Source: Anolis carolinensis (Eukaryota). Taken from it: a stretch of DNA of 64,000 nucleotides. The position numbers and the translations under genes were made by a program. Location: positions 166,238,897-166,302,896 of the forward strand of contig NC_085845.1 of the NCBI RefSeq assembly GCF_035594765.1. Reading direction: 5' to 3'. Shown here piece by piece: positions 58,651 through 64,000 of the stretch (position 1 is the stretch's first letter; each line of letters opens with the position of its first letter). The notes beneath the pieces are model-generated. The model searched no databases. It was not told the origin of the DNA and was given only the letters and a program-made list of their open reading frames with translations.

Positions 58651-60304
58651 GCCATCTTCAACCTCAGCAACATGGAATGGACGAAGGATTGGGGGAAATC
58701 CAACCCCAAATAGGGAAACAAGTTGTCCAGGAACACCTGGCCACTCTAAACGAATTCAAGTCCCCAGGGCCAGATCAGCTACATCCAAGAGTATTGAAGG
58801 AACTAGCGGAAGTTATTTCAGAACCACTGGCAATCATCTTCGAGAGTTCTTGGAGAACAGGAGAAGTCCCAGCAGATTGGAGGAGGGCGAATGTTGTCCC
58901 TATCTTCAAGAAGGGAAAAAAGAACGACCCAAACAATTACCGTCCGGTCAGCCTCACATCAATACCAGGCAAGATTCTGGAAAAGATCATTAAGGAAGTG
59001 GTCTGCAAACACTTAGAAACAAATGCGGTCATTGCTAATAGTCAACACGGATTTACCAAAAACAAGTCATGCCAGACTAATCTGATCTCTTTTTTCGATA
59101 GAGTTACGAGTTGGGTCGATGCAGGGAATGCCGTGGATGTAGCATATCTAGATTTCAGTAAGGCCTTCGACAAAGTCCCCCACGACCTTCTGGCAAACAA
59201 ACTAGTAAAATGTGGGCTAGACAAAACTACGGTTAGGTGGATCTGTAATTGGCTAAGCGAACGAACCCAAAGGGTGCTCACCAATGCGTCGTCTTCATCA
59301 TGGAAAGAAGTGACAAGTGGAGTGCCGCAGGGCTCCGTCCTGGGCCCGGTTCTGTTCAACATCTTTATTAACGACTTAGACGAAGGGTTAGAAGGCACGA
59401 TCATCAAGTTTGCAGATGACACCAAACTCGGAGGGATAGCTAACACTCCAGAAGACAGGAGCAGAATTCAAAACGATCTTGACAGACTAGAGAGATGGGC
59501 CGAAACTAACAAAATGAAGTTCAACAGGGACAAATGCAAGATACTTCACTTCGGCAGAAAAAATGGAAATCAAAGATACAGAATGGGGGACGCCTGGCTT
59601 GACAGCAGTGTGTGCGAAAAAGATCTTGGAGTCCTCGTGGACAACAAGTTAAACATGAGCCTACAATGTGATGCGGCAGCTAAAAAAGCCAATGGGATTT
59701 TGGCCTGCATCAATAGGGGAATAACGTCTAGATCCAGGGAAGTCATGCTCCCCCTCTATTCTGCCTTGGTCAGACCACACCTGGAATACTGTGTCCAGTT
59801 TTGGGCACCGCAGATGAAGGGAGATGCTGACAAGCTGGAAAGCGTCCAGAGGAGGGCGACTAAAATGATTAAGGGTCTGGAGAACAAGCCCTATGAGGAG
59901 AGGCTTAAAGAGCTGGGCATGTTTAGCCTGCAGAAGAGAAGGCTGAGAGGAGACATGATAGCCATGTACAAATATGTGAGGGGAAGTCATAGGGAGGAGG
60001 GAGCAAGCTTATTTTCTGCTGCCCTGCAGACTAGGACACGGAACAATGGCTTCAAACTACAGGAAAGGAGATTCCACCTGAACATCAGGAAGAACTTCCT
60101 CACTGTGAGGGCTGTTCGGCAGTGGAACTCTCTCCCCCGGACTGTGGTGGAGGCTCCTTCTTTGGAGGCTTTTAAGCAGAGGCTGGATGGCCATCTGTCG
60201 GGGGTGCTTTGAATGCGATTTCCTGCTTCTTAGCGGGGGGTTGGACTAGATGGCCCTTGAGGTCTCTTCCAACTCTACTATTCTATGATTCTATGATTCT
60301 ATGA
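58651..60304 (+). mobile_element. 5'-truncated young CR1 LINE nested in a Tc/mariner-type non-autonomous element
   Basis: Uninterrupted ORF2 RT frame 58677..60212 ([39 protein letters not shown]), CR1 3' UTR and (ATTCTATG)n tail. Confidence 0.96.
58677..60212 (+). CDS. CR1 ORF2 reverse transcriptase, C-terminal 511 aa (no endonuclease domain)
   Basis: Stop-free frame with all RT motifs. It is 5'-truncated, so it is not an autonomous gene. Confidence 0.9.
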   Translation: MDEGLGEIQPQIGKQVVQEHLATLNEFKSPGPDQLHPRVLKELAEVISEPLAIIFESSWRTGEVPADWRRANVVPIFKKGKKNDPNNYRPVSLTSIPGKILEKIIKEVVCKHLETNAVIANSQHGFTKNKSCQTNLISFFDRVTSWVDAGNAVDVAYLDFSKAFDKVPHDLLANKLVKCGLDKTTVRWICNWLSERTQRVLTNASSSSWKEVTSGVPQGSVLGPVLFNIFINDLDEGLEGTIIKFADDTKLGGIANTPEDRSRIQNDLDRLERWAETNKMKFNRDKCKILHFGRKNGNQRYRMGDAWLDSSVCEKDLGVLVDNKLNMSLQCDAAAKKANGILACINRGITSRSREVMLPLYSALVRPHLEYCVQFWAPQMKGDADKLESVQRRATKMIKGLENKPYEERLKELGMFSLQKRRLRGDMIAMYKYVRGSHREEGASLFSAALQTRTRNNGFKLQERRFHLNIRKNFLTVRAVRQWNSLPRTVVEAPSLEAFKQRLDGHLSGVL

Positions 60305-61163
60305 TATTATTATTTTATTATTATTAGCATATTCTGTTATTATTATAATATTCCATTTTATATTATCCTATTAATATATTTTATATCATTCTATTCCATT
60401 CTATTATTCTATTATATTATCCTATTATTATTATATTATTATGCTATTCTGTTATTATATCCCATTATTATATTATCCTATTAATACCATATTATTATCA
60501 TATTCTGTTATTATTATATCCTATATTATATTATCTCATTAACATATTGTATATCATTATATTATTATTATATTATCATATTATTATTATATTATATTAT
60601 ATTATTCATCATTCATGACTACATTGAAACTAGAATAGAGAGAAATCAGCGTGGAAACCTTGTGAAACCTACATTGGAAGAGGTACCATAGATTGTTGTA
60701 CATGTAAATAATGGTAGTAACAAGAAATTCTTGATAGGATTCATAGTTTGTCTGGTTATGCTGGTTTGTGATGACAACTACTTTACAGTATATAATAAAT
60801 GTTCATTTTGTTGTTCAACAATAAATGTGAGCTCTTCTTCATGGAAAAATAAGACATCCCCTGAAAATAAGACCTAGTGCATCTTTGGGAGCAAAAATTA
60901 ATATAAGACCCTGTCTTATTTTCGGGGAAACAGGGTACCTCCTTAATCATGTTAACATACTTTGCTATTATCTGTCATTGTCCTATCTGTTTCTTTGTTC
61001 CAGAAAATCATTCCGTATTTTTTGGGGTACTTCCTTTTGGGTACTTCATTCCTTGTGGTATGAAGATGTTTTCCCTCTATTGTTTGTCTTCTTCCCATTT
61101 CTTTCAGATTAGCATTATTCTCTCATTTGTATTTTTATTAAAAGAACATGATGACATCCTAAA

Positions 61164-61335
61164 GGAACCAGATCTAGTATGATCTTTGATGCTAGATAGG
61201 GTCAGGCCTGCTTAGTACTTGGCTAGGAGACCAAGACCAACAATAATATTAGGTGCTGTAGGCTACTTTCAATGGTAGAAACTGGAAAAGCCACCTCTAA
61301 GTATTCCTGCCTAACTGTCGCTATAAGTCGAAGGA
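61164..61335 (+). mobile_element. 5S rRNA-derived SINE (5S-Sauria-like), degenerate
   Basis: gatct..tgatct..ga.gcta...agggtcaggcctgcttagtacttgg.taggagacc...ggtgctgtaggct matches 5S rRNA, followed by a ccacctct..gtatt SINE body. Confidence 0.75.
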
Positions 61336-62098
61336 TGATTCAAATAAATATATGCACACATACAGTGTAATAAAGACCTTTGTAGATCAATACAAAATCT
61401 AACATGCTCAGACACTGTGAATGGAAGATTCTCTTCCATAAAAGGCAAAAAAATCAATTCAAAATTCAACTGTAATAAACGTTTCTTCCCACTTAATAGT
61501 TTGGGTTATGGATAGGAATTATGACACTCTGCAAAATGTTCTAGTGTGCAATTCTCAGTGTTTCCACCTATGCTAGGTAGGCCTGCTTGAAACTACATTC
61601 CAAAACCAAGTGATATAATTCTCACTTCTAGTTTAGAATGTACATTGCTACCACTCATAATCACTTCCTGCCCACACAACTTCTAAGAAAACACAACATT
61701 AAAATATTTTATTCCTCCAGGATAATTCAAAAACGTAACATTAAAAGACGACATCTCTTTGAGGATACTCTCCTTTAGGATATCTTAAAATTTTATATGC
61801 AATTAGCATCTTTGGCCACCTACATACTTTTATGCATTATCATAGCCTACCAACTATTTCTTAATTGCTTTATACAGAACAGTCCCTGTATCTGCAGAAC
61901 TGATATCAGAGGTTTCGCCTACCCATGTCTGACAAAGTATGTCCTCTCTAGGCATTTTCTATGTCCCCCAGCATGACTCTATAGTATTCTTAGCAAGAAG
62001 TCCTTCATTTCAAGAGAGTCTGCTATTATCCACAGCTCTGTATATCATGTGAAGTCCAGGGACATATTCCTTGTGAATAAAGGGGTCATGCTCTATTA

Positions 62099-62423
62099 CG
62101 GTAGCACAGTGCGTTAAAACGCTGAGCTGCTGAACTTGCAGACCAAAAGGTCCCAGGTTCAAATCCCGGGAGCGGAATGAGCGCCCGCTGTTAGCCCCAG
62201 CTCCTGCCAACCTAGCAGTTCAAAAACATGCAAATGTGAGTAGATCAATAGGTACCGCTCCAGCGGGAAGGTAACGGCGCTCCATGCGGTCATGCCGGCC
62301 ACATGACCTTGGAGGTGTCTATGGACAACGCCGGCTCTTCAGCTTAGAAATGGAGATGAGCACCAACCCCCAGAGTCGGTCACGACTGGACTTAATGTCA
62401 GGGGAAAACCTTTACCTTTTACC
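62099..62423 (+). mobile_element. Near full-length Sauria SINE
   Basis: tRNA-like A box (TAGCACAGTGCG), B box (GGTTCAAATCC), ACCTTT tail, 10-bp TSD TGCTCTATTA (62089-62098 / 62424-62433). Confidence 0.92.
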
Positions 62424-62894
62424 TGCTCTATTAGTAGAAAGCAAGGTGGAAGAGATTTCCTCTTCTCTTCTACAAATACAATCAGATCTTGGATTATTTT
62501 TCCCATTTTTTCTAGTTTTCTACATCACTATTTATTCATATATAATTTTATTGCCTACAACTCTGCTTTTACTAGTCACCTAGGTAAGGCAGATGTAAAG
62601 AAGCCCGCTGCTAGAAGCAATAGCCCCAAGAGAAGTCTGTTCTACATGTTGCAATGTTTTGTATTAGCATTTTAAAGCTTGAAAAAAGCTTTGGGTGGGG
62701 GTATGCAAACGTTGGTTTAGCTCACTAGTCAGCTATTATATGGTCTCTCCCTTGCCTTGCATGAAAACACATGAGAGAAAAGCTGAAGCCTACCTCATTT
62801 GTGTAAGCATAGAGAAAGGAAGAGCAATACCAGTTCTCAGAGCACCAAATAAATTATTTTATGAATTTAACAGTCTTCCATTATATTGTAAGAG

Positions 62895-63070
62895 CTGTGG
62901 AGCCAGCATGATACACTGTTTTGAGCACTGACATGAATTCTGGAAGACCAGAGTTCAAGTCCTGATTCAGCAATGAAATCCCTCTACTTGACCTTGGGAA
63001 AATGATACTCTCTCACCTAAGGGAAGGCAGTGAAAAACCTCCTCTGACTATATGCTGACAAGATAATTCT
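62895..63070 (+). mobile_element. Old squamate SINE
   Basis: B box gagttcaagtcc, gaccttgggaaa core, similarity to 44515-44725. Confidence 0.55.
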
Positions 63071-63499
63071 AGGATAAATGTGTGAAATAGCTACTGGATG
63101 GCAGCAATGGTAAGTGTGTGACAATGGCAGAGGATTTCTCAAAAAATATATACAGCTAATACCTGTTAGCATTGAGCAGAAGGATAAACTCCTTTTGAAT
63201 GTCTTTTACATGAAAACACTATGCTGAAACAATCCAAAATGAAACAAGTACGGTAATAGCACACAAAGATGATAAGATTATTTGGAGGCTTTCATTTACA
63301 AGATCACCGTAAGTTGAAGTCTACTTGATGGCAGATATCAACAAATTAGATTTTTTTTTAAATGAACATAATTAGTGGATTTGTAATTAACATTTTTTAA
63401 AAGTTCTTCTAAGATTTTACTTGATTTTGTTATATATGGTCAAGTCAATTTCAATTTATGGCAACTTTATGAATGAGAGACTTCCAATAAACACTTATT

Positions 63500-63780
63500 A
63501 ATTGTCCTGTTTGGGTCCTGCAAATTTAATGCCATGACTTCCTTGACTGAGTCAATCCACCTATGATACAATTTTCTTACTGCCTTTAAATTGGCCAAGG
63601 CTTATTATCTTTCCCAATAAGTCATGTCATCTCATATATTCAAAATATGATAGCTTCTCTTCAGTCATTTTTTACTTCTAATAAAACTTCAAACTTGATT
63701 TGCTCTCAGACGCTTGTACTTGTCTTTGTTGCAATCCTTGATATATGTAGAACTCTCCTGCAGCACCATACGTATTTCAA
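63500..63780 (-). mobile_element. Degenerate RTE LINE 3' fragment
   Basis: Similar to 1440-1680 (taagtcatgtc, ttgctct, cagcacca). Confidence 0.6.
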
Positions 63781-64000
63781 CTATGAAAGTCTGCATTAAT
63801 TTTTTATGATGCAAATATCTGCTTGTGAATTAAAGCTAGTTGCTTTGATTAATTTTATTTACATAATTTTATCCTTTCTGTAATATTATATAATATTTTA
63901 GGTACTATCTCATTTTTGTATGATGACTGCAAAACAGGTAATCTAATCTTATTATCAGTCGGGAATCAAAAATATAGTGTCTTCTACACTTACAGGAAAA

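Larger units (their letters stand above)
57881..60935. mobile_element. Non-autonomous Tc/mariner (Tc2/pogo-like) DNA transposon hosting the CR1
   Basis: TA|GCGTGTTTCCCCGAAAATAAGAC ... GTCTTATTTTCGGGGAAACAGGG|TA, repeated subterminal AAATAAGAC motifs, internal (TAT)n low-complexity tract. Confidence 0.88.

Noticed and set aside
62099-62170. tRNA gene (A and B boxes; also 43285-43360)
   Set aside because: These are SINE heads followed by SINE bodies and tails and flanked by TSDs.
55698-64000. BLTP3B exon 1 and promoter
   Set aside because: No MAGIIKKQILKHLS-type exon or non-repeat CpG island was found; presumably beyond the window end.

Overview
Eukaryotic vertebrate genomic DNA, AT-rich. The repeat content (Sauria SINE, 5S-derived SINE, young CR1, L2, RTE, Dong/R4, many Tc/mariner, hAT and Harbinger MITEs) points to a squamate reptile, most likely an anole lizard. 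Most of the window is the minus-strand gene BLTP3B (UHRF1BP1L/SHIP164, a bridge-like lipid transfer protein). I could assemble coding exons 2-21 (55697 down to the stop at 11354) with GT-AG sites and consistent phases, 4321 nt in total. Exon 1 was not found and presumably lies beyond 64000. The standout accessory element is a full-length (about 6 kb), CpG-rich DIRS1-type tyrosine-recombinase retrotransposon at 30103-36071. It sits in intron 11, in the same orientation as the gene and only 34 nt from the exon 12 acceptor. It has inverted terminal repeats, an internal complementary region, a TTT target, and gag, RT/RNase H/Dam-like methyltransferase and YR ORFs. gag and the 988-codon YR frame are separated by a single in-frame UGA-C stop, and there are two point lesions. 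Downstream of BLTP3B (about 5050-8635, minus strand) there appears to be a heavily decayed BTB-BACK-Kelch (KLHL-like) pseudogene. All assignments come from manual reading and recalled family consensus; no database search was run.
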